Assembly: GCF_902459465.1 (NCBI RefSeq)
Contig: NC_047064.1
Location: 768,762 to 832,761 of the forward strand
From: Asterias rubens
Lineage: Eukaryota
Length of the DNA: 64,000 bases
Direction: 5' to 3'
Shown here: one piece after another, positions 10,606-23,967 of the stretch
Numbering within the stretch: the first letter of the stretch is position 1
Layout of the letters: every line of letters starts with the position of its first letter
Program-made: the position numbers and the translations under genes
Notes under the pieces: model-generated
Databases searched by the model: none
Seen by the model: only the letters and a program-made list of their open reading frames with translations
What the model was told of the DNA's origin: nothing

Positions 10606-13494
10606 TTATTGTTGATTTTTTATAAAAAGGGTTCTATTGATTGATTTTTTTTTCACTCGTCTCAAATGGAACATTTTTTTCCAGCATTATCTTGTAGAAT
10701 GATGTAACTTAATTGTATAACTTGTATTGCTTATGTTCAATTCGCGCCAAACCTTGTAAAATACAATTACGGCTGTTGCAAAACTTTTCGTTCCCGGGTG
10801 CCTGCCCTTTTTGCGTTTGAGTTGGTCGTCAACACTGAACCGCTAGCCCTTTACATCATATTCCAAACTCTGATTGTTATGTCCACTAAGATGACTGACA
10901 CTCGGCCTGGAATAACTTCCCAACCAGATTTGTCATCCTTTATTGCATAGTCAGGATCAGGGAACATTTTCGTATTAAATCTTATACAATCACTACAACG
11001 TGACACGTTTTTGATGCGTGACTTTATACAGCCCACGCTAGGATAAAACACTTTTAAAAACCAGTATCTCTTTTTCTGCTGGTTTTGGAGCACACTACAA
11101 AATGAAAATGTGTTCTTAATGCTTGACTCTAAACAGCCTATACAGCCCAAGCTGGATACATACACTTTCATAAGACACATTTGGAGCACAATGTAGTCTG
11201 GATGTTCTTGGATTCAAACTGGAGTTGTATTTGCATCGACTGATGCACTGTTACCCACCTTGAAAAACTGTCTCCGCAGGAATTGATCTTATTGTATTTT
11301 TTGGCGCCAGTCTGGAAAAGCGTGAAATATTAATTTGGCTGAGTTTTTGTTATAATAGTCAAAAAGAAATTGTAAATAAAACTTGAAATGCATGACTTTT
11401 TTTATTTTTTATTTTTTATTAAATTTAAAGGAAAACTTAGTTTGAGTAAAAAATTTAGTCAAATTTGGCTTCCAAGCTTGCAGGGTGCGACAAAAATGTA
11501 TTTAGGCCTAACATACATTTTAAAAAAGTTTTAAAAGTTGTAAGTTTTTCACTGATTTGTTTGTTTTGTTCTTTCCGCCTCCTTTATTTCAAACCATAAA
11601 AAAAAAACACACAAAAGGTCAAACATCGCATGTTTCTTTCATTAGGGGAATTTGACAGTGTTTTTTTAATTAATGGCCAATGATTTCACCAAACTTCTTG
11701 TTCCATGGATCCATATTTCTTCCAAACCTAGTTTCTGCATTCAGACTAAATACTTTTGTTGAGCTTTAAAATTAAGCGAGCTTTTACTTCTTAGTGGTGA
11801 TTTTTTTCCCCGAGAGTTTTTGATTTTATATAGAGAGTCTTAAAACCAATTATACAACTCCTAAAATTAATACTCGTCGCCTCCATCATCCTCGCTTGAT
11901 CTTCACGAACATCTTGTATAAAAGCAGAATCTTCTTGACGAAGAAGATTATACCGATATTAAATAAATGTGAAACGACATTGACCACTCAGCCCAGTGGT
12001 ATAGACCTTTTAGTTTTTTACAACAACGGAAGTCAATGGTACCCGAATCAACTTAAACATTTAGGTGCCGCACAGACGACAAACGTGTTGATTACATCAA
12101 GGTTCACAGACCCTCAGTTCTAGGGTGTACTAGAAGAAAAAACTATTTTGAAATTGTGTCGAAACATTAATTTCGTTAATATCCAGTTGTTGGACCTCTC
12201 ATAATGGTGATTGTTTTATATTCCGACACCCCTATATTATTATGTTCCGACACCCCTCCGAAAAAAAAAATCGTAGTTTACTTGGTAGTAGGGTTTATGA
12301 TGGTAAGATTATGGTTAGGGATAGGAAAATACACTAGGTGCGTCGTATAGTAAGTCGGAACATAGGGGTGTCCAAGCACAGGTGTGTATTAAACCTACAA
12401 AGCCGCTGGTAAACGAGGCTTTTGATCTAAGCATTGAGGAAATTAAAGAAACAAACTAAGTAAAAGACTCGGCATTGGTAATCAATTCAAGATAACATTC
12501 TTTGTCCATGCCCTTGACCAGTCACAATTATGGTTGTGGACTTGGCGTGTACCAAGGGGACATGGTCGGTCAAGTTAATTGGAATTGAATGTATGCCTAC
12601 ACTCACCATAGAGCTAGGCACTCACCGTGCAATTCCATACCGATATCCTTGTACCGATCTGACCTTATAATGTACTTAAGCTTTGCAGAGCCGGTTCTAT
12701 ACCTCGGTCTACCGGAATGAACGTAATCTTGCTTTGCCTTGACATTACCGGGTGTTGGTTCAGTGGTTGAAGCCCAGGGCTTAATCTAGCCAATCGGCCA
12801 GTCACTGAAACGATGTACATTTATGAAGGCCTACATTACTTTTACATTGTTGAAAACGCGCGTAGCCAGAAAGTACGCAACAAAAATAACTTCCTTCAGT
12901 TAGCAAAAACATGGCAATATGAGCCATGAGGGGAACCCCATGTCCCATGTCAGTGTTTCTTGTACGACATACTGACATTATAAGTGAGGTAAAGCTAGCC
13001 CACATAACCCGTTCTTATGATCATATATTCTCCATAAACACTGCATAGCCCGCTGACCCAATAATGTCAGTTGGAACACCAAAGAACCAGTCAAAAAACA
13101 TCCAACTAGTCCAGCTAAGTTCAGTGTTGAACATATCCCTATTTCTTGAAATATGATCCCATGGAAAAATCTGATGGACCAGTGAAATAAGAAGCTAACT
13201 GCCTGCTGGCTAATCACTGAAGTTAAGGGCAAACACTAACTTGAATCACCGCCATCCAAACTCAACAGCCCTCCCCCACCCCTGCATCACCACGCCCCAA
13301 TCCTCCGTGCGCTGCTCTAATGAACTTTCATTCTTTTCAAACTCATTTCGACCATGGGGCATAGCTCCATGTTTTGACAGTTTACTTGAGCCACACAGAG
13401 AATGGAAAGAGAGACTAGTCGACGGGAAATTATTCACAAATGTTGATCAACAGTGACTCATTAGCATATTGTACTAAACCATGGAGGTAGGAAA

Positions 13495-13860
13495 TAATGT
13501 TTAAAGGCAGTGTGTACTTTGGTAATTACTCTGAAGATTAATGATCATAAAAAAGTTACTTGCAAAAGAGCACTGATTATTGATTATTATAAAACCGTGT
13601 TAGGAACGACTTTGAAGTAATGTTGTTTTAGAGAACGAGGTTATTTTTCATCTCAAAATTTGAATTTAAAAAGGTTTCAGGCATGAAGCTTTTCTTTGGC
13701 ATCTGAAAGCACACAGTTCTACCAACAAGGTTTTTCTTCCGTTCATTATTTTGTTGCAGTGTTGAGATCAGTTGAACCAAAATTGTCACGATTTTTTTTA
13801 TTTTATGCATATTTTGGGATACACCAAGTGAGGGTACTGGTCGTTGACAATTATCATAAG
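13495..13860 (+). mobile_element. Family A SINE-like repeat copy, plus orientation.
   Basis: It starts 'aaaggcagtgtgtactttggtaattactctgaag' and ends 'ttgggatacaccaagtgagggtactggtcg'. This explains the overlapping plus and minus ORFs at 13628-13965. Confidence 0.6.
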
Positions 13861-16800
13861 TATACCTTAAAGGTATCTGAAAGGTTAAATTCAAACATCA
13901 ATAAAAGTACCGCCCAATTACAAACCCAGAAACAAGTTGTTTATCAAATTGTGAAAACAAATTGACATTGTTTCGAGCTTATTTATAATATAAATAAGCC
14001 AAACATTCCGATAATAGCGATTGAATTATATTTTCAATCGCTATAATCGGAATTTCTTGTGTCTTTATATTCTCTCTGCTATTCCTTCTGACAGAAATAT
14101 TTCTCTGGAGGACTGGTGACGGTGAACTTTAGAAACGGTCATGGTGGAAACCTACCCGTTGTGGTATTTCTGCAGGCTATTGAGAAACGAGTAAACAACA
14201 ATAAGTCTTGATCTCGCTAGACTTAAAAACCGGTTTTTGAAAACAATGAGTCATTGAGGTATTTTTCACTTCTTCTGGTGACTCATTAACTGTGTTTAAA
14301 CTTTCACAGGTTGTTATTTGTTGGTGACTCATTAACTGGTCTTCAACTTCCACAGGTTTGTTATTTGTTGTATAGAATGTATATGTTGGGTTATATAGGT
14401 CCTAAAAATTCTGGTCTTTAGCTAAAACTGCAAATGTACTACCATTGTCGAACTTCAAGGAAGCACAATCACACAGGATATGGTATGTAGGCTAAAACAA
14501 ACCTGAGAAGTGATTGGCCTACTAACGAGGGATTTAAGCTCAAGGGCTAAATTTCATGGTTCCGTGCCTACCGTGAAATTCTGCGCTTACGGTGCCATGT
14601 AAAGCACACTAGGCCGTAGTATAAGCGCAGAATTCCGCACTAAGCAGAGCCGTGAACTTGAATTTGGTCGATATAGCTTTTGGGCACAGCTGTTGACGTT
14701 CCAATACCAATGTCTTATTCCAATGGTTCGTACATGACGAATAAGTAAAGATTTGCCCACAGCCTTGGAACTAATGACCCTTGACCTTACACGATGACGT
14801 ACCGGATTGGCATGTTGTAAGTTTTAACCTCTAATTCGCTGTCACTGTCAGTTCTATTCTACACTTTCCAACGCCAAGACAGGGGCCTCACGTACAATAG
14901 TTTGTACCAGGAATATAGGAAACTGGTTAACCAGGAAAAGTTGTGGTCGAAAGTGTCAAGTTTAGCTACATGGGCCTATGAACGTTCGTGTATTGAACTT
15001 GATTTACACTATAGGTTTATCGAGGAAAGCAAAGTGTCGTCCAAAAAAGTGGTGATGACTATCTTTTACAAAGTTTCATGTTGTTGGGATACTTTGTACC
15101 ATCTTGTTATCCTTGCCTGCTCAAATAAAGTGTCAATAAACTATTATCCGAGTGAAAAGAGGCTGTTATTGTAACATAACATAACAATTAAAATTTATTA
15201 AGCGCTATTCCATCAAGATCATAGCGCACTAGAAAGAAATTAACCTGGATAAAGGTGAGTCTTAAGGACTTTACGAAAAGTAGATAGAGTATTAGATTCC
15301 CTAATGGCAGTTGGGAGATTGTTTCAAATCATGGATGGATTATAAAAGGGCACAAACACCCCTTTGGTTTTTGGGCCGTTCGATTGTTTAATCCTATAAA
15401 AATGTTAGATATTACAAAAACAACTAACCTGAGAAAATTTCATCTCAAAAGTTGGTAACGTTTTTGAGAAATTGTCGAAAATCCGGAGCAGGAAGAATAA
15501 TCTGCAATGGGAATACACACAAATTTGGGGGCCTTAAAAAACTTATTAATGTTTCCATAAGCACATGTAATACTTCGAAGTGAAATTACTCTCAAGCTTT
15601 ATACTATCGAAAACTGCTCTATGCCTACTTCTAAATAAGCTTTTATTGCCAATGATTTTTAAGAGTGATTACCAAATATAGAGTCTTATCGCTTTAAAAT
15701 AAACTTCTCATTGATCCCAAGGAGAAAAAAATTGACAAAGTCTTCCTTGAACAAGATACGGCAGACCTAGACCCTACCCTTTGCCGTTAACAATTCATAC
15801 AAATAAGTTGACATCACGATTGCAATCATGACGGTGCAGATCTTTGGTCGCACCTCTACATTCAGAAAACGCGAGGGGAAAGGGGTTTAGTTGTTGATCA
15901 AACAAAATTTGTATTGTGAAAAGAAGTTCACACCCATATAAAGATGTTTTAAATGTAAGATGTGCATTACCACACATAATTGCGTGATACTGACAAGAAA
16001 AATCTATTTATTTAAAAAAGAAAAAAATTCTAACCTAGATACGGCAAGGTGGTGAAATTCAAAAGGGGGACATGCTAAGGCAAATGTTGTGTTGCATCGT
16101 GGGGGTTAATTTGTGCGCCTTTTTGCAGTGAACTTAGCGTCTGGGATTTTGCGGGGGACGGTTTTGAAGCCAACTTTTGCAATGGCCCATTGAGCGTAGA
16201 CTCGGCTGGCCTTATGCCGCCTGTATTTACTTTAATTTACGCAGGTGTGAACAGAAGTCTATATTTTCCATAGTGTCAAGAGACATTGTTGAGTGGGTCA
16301 TATTTGAATATCCGATGAGAGATGAGTTTTATGGCAGTCTGTTGAAGCAATATTAAGTGGTATCATTATTTTAGGCAGATTTGGCTTTACTTGGGGTTTG
16401 AGTTTTATTTCAACACCTCCATGAATAATGTGCCGATACAACTTTTCTTGGGGTGGGGGGAGGGTTGGCAAAGACATAATGGGGAGGGGCTATGGAATCG
16501 TTCATTTGTGTATTTTTCTCAATCACACTTTGGGGGAAAGAGGGGGAAAGGGTTTTTGCTACCTGACCATGGTTACACTATAGTTGGAATAAAAACATAT
16601 TGTTTACAAGTAAAAAATAAAGTGACAAATTAACCAACTTTTCAACTATCACATTTGTCAATAGATAGCATTTTCATTAAGTTCATTCAATTATGAGCGT
16701 TCATTTGTCTTTCCAATATAATTTCCTCATATGATGTAATTTGAATGAATGTCGTATTGGTGTGACCGCAGTCTCCTTGTTTAAGAAAGCTCGCTAAAAA

Positions 16801-17263
16801 TATAGGAACAACTTCGGTCTGTTATCAGACCTAAATAATAGAATAAATGCAATGAAGAGGAACACATGGGTGAACACGTCCTGTAATACACCGTGGCTTA
16901 TGGGGGTGGGGAGGACATGTGATGCGTGTGAGCCCATTGGCCGTTAAACCATGCATCTACCTCCATGGTTAAACCGACCGATGTAATTTTTCAAGTTATT
17001 AAAAAACAAACATTATTTGAAAGCGGTGGGTGTTGGTAAGACTTGCTGAGAGTTTCAAATACAAAGTGGGTGAAAGTGCACCGTCATCTTACCTTAACCA
17101 CGGGCATCAGACACCCTAGCTACGCCTGCCCAATGCCTTTTAGTCATATATCCTATATGAATATGACGTTGGTAAACTCCCGGTAATATTTAGACGATTT
17201 CTACAACTTTAGTTTCTACTGATGTAACAACCAAATAAATGTCTTTTTCTCTCTCTATTTCAG

Positions 17264-17294
17264 TGGTTTACTGTGATTACACCGCCTCAGGAAG
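17264..17294 (+). CDS. Exon 2 (31 nt) of the class V aminotransferase/cysteine desulfurase-like gene.
   Basis: Acceptor ...tctctctatttcAG|TGG with a strong polypyrimidine tract. Donor GGAAG|GTAAGT is a perfect consensus. With the 1 nt carried from exon 1 it reads V-VYCDYTASG-(R). Confidence 0.6.
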
Positions 17295-19079
17295 GTAAGT
17301 TCCTCTACGGACCCCTTAAATTAAATAATAACTGCAACTTTTTAAAAAGGAGAGATCGTCCAGCAACATCTTGGATGACCGACATAAAGAATTGGACTGG
17401 ACAGCGTATGGCAGCAGATCAAGATGGTTGGCGTAAACTTGTTTTGACCACCGCGGCGCATTTTGCGCCACCGGACTGAAGAGGGAGAAACTTCTCTTCA
17501 TATTTCTGGAACTGTGTTGTTGTTACAGTCCTTCTAAAGTATAAACTGAATGATTGTAAATCACTGTGTCCGTAAGATCATTGATGGATTCATGGATAAA
17601 CTAAAGGCGTCTTTCTGCCGTTTTAAACTTGTTGAAAGAAGAAGTAGTATATATTTTGTATTTAAATTATTGCTATACTTTAGTGTAGGATGAAGCAATA
17701 CTTTTCAATGTGCCATAACAACTTTGGGGACAAAACTCAAGTGTCTACAAATGGAAGCATCAATTTAAATAGTTTGGTGCAATTCATCACTGTGTAGCTT
17801 GACGCTTGACTGAAATATGGTACCAAACATCCGGACATGTTTTTAGAACTTCAACAATTTAGGGTTCATGTTTCAGATGCGTCACCATTGCAGTCAACCA
17901 GTAGTGTGCCAATTATTAAAACTCTTGTGATGAACAGTTACAGTAGAGCATCAATGCTACCCCTCCTAGATTATTAACCACGCCCCTCTGCTGAAGTAAC
18001 TACAGCTACGTCACTGTCAGTAAACCATGTGACGTCAGCAATAACTTACTTGTGAACTATAGCTGAAAATGGTATCGCAATCATGTGGTTTAGATGACGT
18101 CATGGGATTGTTGCATTGGCGTTGGTCAACTAGTTTGATTCCCAGGGCAAACATCTTCAAGACGGTGGAAATTGACATTGTGGGAACATGAGGGGGTGGG
18201 GGAGGGGGGGTTAGGGTTACGTAATACTATCACCTGCAATGGACATTATCTGCTGTATTCTGATCAGTTGAAACTTTGGAGTTATCCTTCATTCAGCCTC
18301 GAGTTTAGGTTGTAATGGAATGTGCAGCCATTGAGGAGCACCAGTTTAACTTCAAATTGACCAACAAAGAACATTAATTGTTGCTGGATCTACTTGACTT
18401 AAACATGGGGGAAGGGAATAAAGGATGAGGATGGATAACGGAACCCTCTTGGTTCCACTTCACTGTCATCTCCTACATTGAGGTGGTCTGTAGGTAGCGA
18501 CTCGTAATTTAAGGATTGTACCCGCGTCAAGCGCCTCTAATGGCAGGCATTTCGCACTGATCTTTGTTGTATTAAATAGAAGTCAGTTCAAGACGGTTCA
18601 ACCATCTTCTAGAACTATGACAAGTGGGTTGAGATTGTCTAGATGGCTACTAAGTGGTGGAGATTATGCAATACCTGCAGCAAACTTCAAAAACAGTCAC
18701 CACCTGTGATAGGTCTGCTGTGAAAAGTATTAAAAACTTTACGGAGTACCCTGACTGAGTACCCTGACTGAGTGCATAAAGTAGTTCCTGGGTGGGGGTT
18801 GAAGGGGGGGGGGGGGTGTAAGATCTATTCGGATCTACCTCTTATAAACGCTGAGGAAGTTGAAGATGGCATTGTGGTATAATATATGTTAAATTTGTGG
18901 TATTGTAGTATAGTTAAGGTCTTATCGACCACCAGGGAGCATTCGAGACATGATTCAAGTCAACGGATGTGTCTTGATTGACGATGACCTCTTGAGAGGC
19001 TTTTGCGATGCCAGTCTTTTTGAAACAGTCTTCTTTTGGAGAGAAAAAAACCCAGCATGAATGCCTAACCGAGCTTTTA

Positions 19080-19210
19080 TTTACTCGTCCTAACTTAGGA
19101 ACAATCTTAAGGTCTGCATGTTGCAGTGCAGGGTTTGGACTCGTCCTAAGTCCAAAGATTAATCTTAAGTTTAGAAGAGTTTGGTGAAATCGACGGCTGT
19201 TTGCCGATTT
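19080..19210. mobile_element. Dispersed short repeat, family C ('actcgtcctaacttagga ... ttggtgaaatcgac').
   Basis: Related copies occur at 7395-7440 and 7780-7850. The shared motifs are 'tactcgtcctaacttagga' and 'tggtgaaatcgac..c.g.ctg'. Confidence 0.4.
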
Positions 19211-19392
19211 ATTGTTGGATTTATAGATGTGCTGAAATATTTCACATTCCTTGAGAGCTCAAGCGATGGATAAAGTGGGTCAGAAGGAGTTTGGATTTCA
19301 GATTGAAACGCAACTTGTTTCTCCCTCGGGCTTTCACAAAAAGATTGCCCTTCAATTAAGAGAAACAAAGGAAACGTCGTAGGTATTGTAAG

Positions 19393-19430
19393 CTTTTGTT
19401 TTGTTTGTTTGTTTGTTTGTTTGTTTGTTG
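19393..19430. repeat. (GTTT)n microsatellite, about 8 units.
   Basis: gtttgtttgtttgtttgtttgtttgtttg is directly visible. Nearby 19545-19562 is a G-homopolymer run. Confidence 0.9.
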
Positions 19431-20649
19431 GGGTTCTGGGCATAAAGAATACTTGCTCTATGGTTTGGGTGTTGGATGTATGGTTTGATTTGTTTGAGTT
19501 TGTTTGTTGGGGTTTTGTTGTTGTTTTGTTTCGGGTAGGTTTTTTTTGGGGGGGGGGGTAGGGGGTTACGGGAGGTTGTTACTCTGCTTGTGATTTGTAG
19601 GTGTTCGGATTCTTCTTTGAGTTAATACTTGTTCTATTTTTCTATTTCATGTTTGTAATTTGTGTTCTGTGCTTTTACGTTAATTATTGTATTGTATATA
19701 GCACAATTCAGGTAATCGAGAACCTACTGTATGAAGGAAACCTATTCGAATTGATTTTTATTAATAGCACTTCACAATTATACAGCGAATCTTTAAAACT
19801 AAGCACGTTGAGTGTGGAGTGATTTTACAACAACGTGTGGACAAAACCAGCTCATGATAATCGTTTAAACAAACCCAAAACGTCAGCACCGTAGACTGTA
19901 ATCTGCTAATGCTGAGCTAAAGTCAATATAACGACCATGAGCCAAACTCTAAAAAGCAAACTCTAAGCACAAAATCGCTGTTATCATAGCAGAAGTTTTC
20001 ATATGGGCTAAATGAAAGTTTGAAAGATCGAAATGTCACGCCATTAAACAACGGTTGCATTTCTACCATTTGTCATTTTGGTTCCTAAGCAGGTTGCAAC
20101 AGCAAACTCTATTTGTAATGACTTATTCAGTTCACAAACTTATATTGTGAGGCAGTGTTTAGTAGTATGGTGTTGCTATAACAAAGTCACACAATGTTAA
20201 ACTTGATGTATGTATTTGCAGTGACTCTACAAATCATATATTATGTTTAGCCTGACGTTTGATTATCTCCATTATAGTAATATTTATAGTAAATTTCTTT
20301 AACTGCGCCTCATCAGGTTTGCTAGGCTGACAATTTGAACGACTATTAAACGACTAATAAAGTATTCTAGACCATACAATTATGGTGTCACTCTTCAGTT
20401 TTTTATGTCTGTTTAACATCACTAAAAATCAAAACATAATAAGGTCACCAAGGCATTTTCTCCTTGGTAAAGGGCACCCATTGAAGAAATTGTAATTTGT
20501 ATGGGTTCTTGCAAGAGCACCAAGGCAATGAATAGGGGGCGTTGAGGCAATCGCCTTCGCTGCTTTCGTGAAGGCCTGCGATAGTTTCGAAATCCATTTT
20601 TCCCTTGGCTGACCCGGTTCAATATTTGATTTTGTTCTCTCTTTTTTAG

Positions 20650-20766
20650 GCCAGTGAAGTTTATTGAAGATTACATCACAAACCACGTTCACCCTTTGTA
20701 TGCAAACACCCATACGACCACTGGGCTTATGTCACGACAGACAACGCAGTTCCGCAAAGAAGCAAG
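20650..20766 (+). CDS. Exon 3 of the class V aminotransferase/cysteine desulfurase-like gene.
   Basis: Acceptor ctctcttttttAG|G, donor CAAG|GTACAC. It continues the frame as (R)PVKFIEDYITNHVHPLYANTHTTTGLMSRQTTQFRKEA(R). Phase 2 in and phase 2 out are consistent with the flanking exons. Confidence 0.7.
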
Positions 20767-21582
20767 GTACACTTTTTGAATTATTTAATTAGTTATATAT
20801 ATATATATAGAGTCTTCGTTGACGTTGGCATTGCCGATATCGCAACACGAATTAAGCTACTGGAAAACAGATAGCTGTATCAAACAAGCACCTTTCTTAA
20901 AATTAAAGAGAGGTTTTTTTCGAAACCTCGGCTGAGCTAGGCTCCGGGCTTAGTTTGATGTTGAAAAACACCATACAAAATGTACGCTGCTTTAAAACAG
21001 ATGGCAGAGCTCAAGCTGGAGCTGGAACATAATCCGAGGTTTCTAAAAGGCCCCTAGTTTTAAACGAGAATAGTAAACTTGCACAGTCCCTCCGATCCAG
21101 TCGAAGTTGCGCCATCTACCGGCATCAAATACAACATCTAGCGTCGTCACCCAAGACTTAAATGTCTATCACGTGATACTCATCTTTAATTCGCAAAAAC
21201 CAACGCCACATTCTGGTGTCACTTCATTTTATAAATTTATTAAACATTTCATGCAGCAAATAACCTTGCTCCGGTGACATTCTTTGCAAAGAGTTATTTT
21301 TATAATGCACCAGAGTTGTTTGTATTATAGTTTAGTGCGATAATATTACCCTGATTTGCGTATTCAAAAATGTTTTCGCACACCTTGATGTTTACTATTA
21401 TTTTAAAAGTAAATAATGCAATCATTTCTGCACCGGTGGGCCAAAGGGAATATTATGGGTGAATCATTATCGTATGTTGGCAACGATAACACAGGACCGA
21501 TTGCTCTGTGGAAAGACAAGAAAGGGCGGGAAAAACATCAAACACACTTTAGTGCTCTCGACTTACGGTGGAGAGGAGTCAC

Positions 21583-21650
21583 CGCATGGTTCAGTGGTTA
21601 GACTTGCAATCACAAGGTTGTGGGTTCGAATTCTACCAAGCTGAGCACTG
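21583..21650 (+). other. tRNA-like sequence (tRNA pseudogene or tRNA-derived SINE head) with Pol III box A and box B.
   Basis: 'gcatggttcagtggttagacttgcaatcacaaggttgtgggttcgaattctacc' has box A-like TGGTTCAGTGG and box B GGTTCGAATTC with tRNA-like spacing. The anticodon and acceptor stems do not fold cleanly. Confidence 0.4.
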
Positions 21651-22043
21651 ATTTCACAATGACTATAGAATATGGTTGCCTATAGTGGCTGAATCACAAT
21701 TTCTTGATTTGTGCAATTCGTAATCATAGAGGTTAAACCAATGTCTGTGTGAGAAAGATTGGTTGTGGCCAGCTTACCGTTCATATCCTCTTGTGTGAGT
21801 TTGCTAACTTTCTTTGACTGGAAAATCATTCCAACAAACAAGCAAGCAAACACCACAACAAACAAATAAACAGATAGGCGCTTACTTTGTACCTTTAAAA
21901 GGCTTAGTTTTATCGTTCTATGGACCGTAGCTACGGTAAGCACATAGTAGGCACAACGTTTTACGGTAAGTAGAGCCATGATAAATCACCCGCTCTTTGT
22001 AAAAACCACCATTTTGTATTCTGAATGGTTGATGTTGTTTCAG

Positions 22044-22173
22044 GGAGCTGATTAAACGCTGTGTTAATGCTACCGATGATGACGTAGTTATATTCACTGG
22101 AAGTGGAACAACAGGAGCTATACATAAACTCATTACAGCTCTCGAACTGAAGGGAGATCGAGCTAAGAAAACG
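22044..22173 (+). CDS. Exon 4 of the class V aminotransferase/cysteine desulfurase-like gene.
   Basis: Acceptor gttgtttcAG|G, donor ACG|GTAATT. It encodes (R)ELIKRCVNATDDDVVIFTGSGTTGAIHKLITALELKGDRAKKT. '...VIFTGSGTTGA' matches the conserved 'iiFTsGaTe' block of fold-type I class V enzymes. Confidence 0.75.
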
Positions 22174-23460
22174 GTAATTCAGTCCAGACTTTTGTTTGTC
22201 GTGTTCCTAGTAGAACACTCTCGCTTTCTTACATACCGGTTTGTTATATGAGCGGCACCAGTCTCAATTTATTCAAACCTTTTGTCCGGCCACGTGGCTT
22301 TTATTGGCGAAAAACAAAATGGTGACATGAGCTTGTAAGAGAGAAGGCTGTCATATGAATCGCTTTGGCTCTGGCTTAGGCTCTGGCTCAGGCTTGGGCA
22401 CCGGCTTGGGCTCTGTCCTTCTGTTTGAAGTCCCAAAAGGATATCGCACACGTTTTATAAATAACTGACTGAGCCCAAGCCGTGTTTTCGAAAGGCGGCC
22501 ATTGCCAAATGTATTTTTAAATACAACCCCAATTACCAACATGAATATTTGTTTGTGTAAATTGCTCGACTGAAACTGTCTGCATTTACACAGATATAAA
22601 AGCCTAAACTTCAATGCAGCCTACATTTATGTGCCATGTTTCTTGTGTGCAATTGCATATAGTGGATACTTAATATTCAAATCACGCGGGTTGTACATTA
22701 AATAAAACACAAGATAGTTTTACCACCTGAAACTCTAGCAAAAAATGTCCGTCCCTTGAAACCTCGACACATTGCAAAGTACAGTTTACCCTTTGTATTC
22801 ACCGATAGATTGATTTGGCGAAACTGCGTTGACCTTTGAACCATGAGTTCTTAAGTTGCCAGCCCTCTTTGGTAATGGCAATAACTGTGGACAGTCTGGT
22901 TTGTTTTTATAAGGAGTTGTTTACAACAATTACTCCCTGAGGATCTAATGTGGGTCAGGAATGAAACACGTGCATGATTAATTTAAAGTTTGTAATGCAA
23001 TTTGAAGGCTACAAGAATGCTATAAAGATGACAAACTAGTTTCATACAGTGTTTCTGACAGTGATCATGTTTTGTGTGATCAACCATACTCATGAAACAA
23101 CAATCCTGTGAACATTTGGCTTAAAGCCAGTGGACACTATTGGTAATTACTCAAAAAAATTATCATCATAAAACCTTTCTTGATTATGAGTAATGGGGAG
23201 AGGTTGATGGTATAAAACATTGTGAGAAACGGCTCCCTATGAAGTGACGTAGTTTTCGAGAAAGAAGTAATTTTCCACGAATTTGATTTCGAGACTTCTG
23301 GTTTCAGTTATTACAATTAAAATAAAGGTTTTTGTTATCATTGTCAATCTTGTGTTATACCTTTAACATCTGTTTTGGGATCATTAACTTGTGACAACAG
23401 TCGTAAAGATATGGTTAAAGGAGCTATAACTGACACAGAAAATATTTGATTTTCCTGCAG

Positions 23461-23526
23461 GTTGTTTTTGTTGGTCCGTATGAGCATCATTCTAACATTT
23501 TGCCATGGAAGGAGAGTGGTGCAAAG
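23461..23526 (+). CDS. Exon 5 of the class V aminotransferase/cysteine desulfurase-like gene.
   Basis: Acceptor tttcctgcAG|G, donor AAG|GTAAAA. It encodes VVFVGPYEHHSNILPWKESGAK. 'EHHSNI(L/V)PW' matches the SufS/CsdA signature 'EHHANIVPW'. Confidence 0.75.
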
Positions 23527-23901
23527 GTAAAACCAAGTTATGCTTTGATGTTTCGGATGGAATATTCCACCTCAAATTCTTAAACAAAACTACGTTTCAT
23601 GCCTTCACCTTTACAAGTCAATCATTTTTGACAGAAACAATCGTCTTATTTGGAAGGACAAATGTACGCCTCAAAAACGGATTTTTGTTGTTGTTTTAAA
23701 AACACGATGTGTGACTACTTGCTAGATAATAACTATGTTCCTTTGAGAACTTGTGTCGTTTAAAATTCTACTGCTGCAGAATAGATTTTCGGTAGACTTC
23801 TCAGCTTCAGGAACAGGGTTTTAAAATGGCTGTTGTTGACAGTCCTTGATAAACCAAATGCGTTGTATAGTACAATGTGTTCTTTTTCTTTGTATTCTCA
23901 G

Positions 23902-23967
23902 GTTATCCGAATAAGGGATGCAGACCGAGGCCAAATCGATCTGAATCTTTTACAACAAAAGTTGAAG
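23902..23967 (+). CDS. Exon 6 of the class V aminotransferase/cysteine desulfurase-like gene.
   Basis: Acceptor tgtattctcAG|G, donor AAG|GTAAGA. It encodes VIRIRDADRGQIDLNLLQQKLK. Phase 0 on both sides matches the neighbouring exons. Confidence 0.65.

Noticed and set aside
10851-11189. 112-aa minus-strand ORF with internal repeat.
   Set aside because: It coincides with a local ~110-bp tandem duplication at 11000-11200. It has no splice context or domain signal and sits inside intron 1 of the plus-strand gene.
21583-21650. Annotating a functional tRNA gene.
   Set aside because: Box A, box B and T-loop are present, but I cannot fold a canonical anticodon stem-loop or a 7-bp acceptor stem by hand. 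It is a tRNA-derived SINE or pseudogene until tRNAscan-SE says otherwise.
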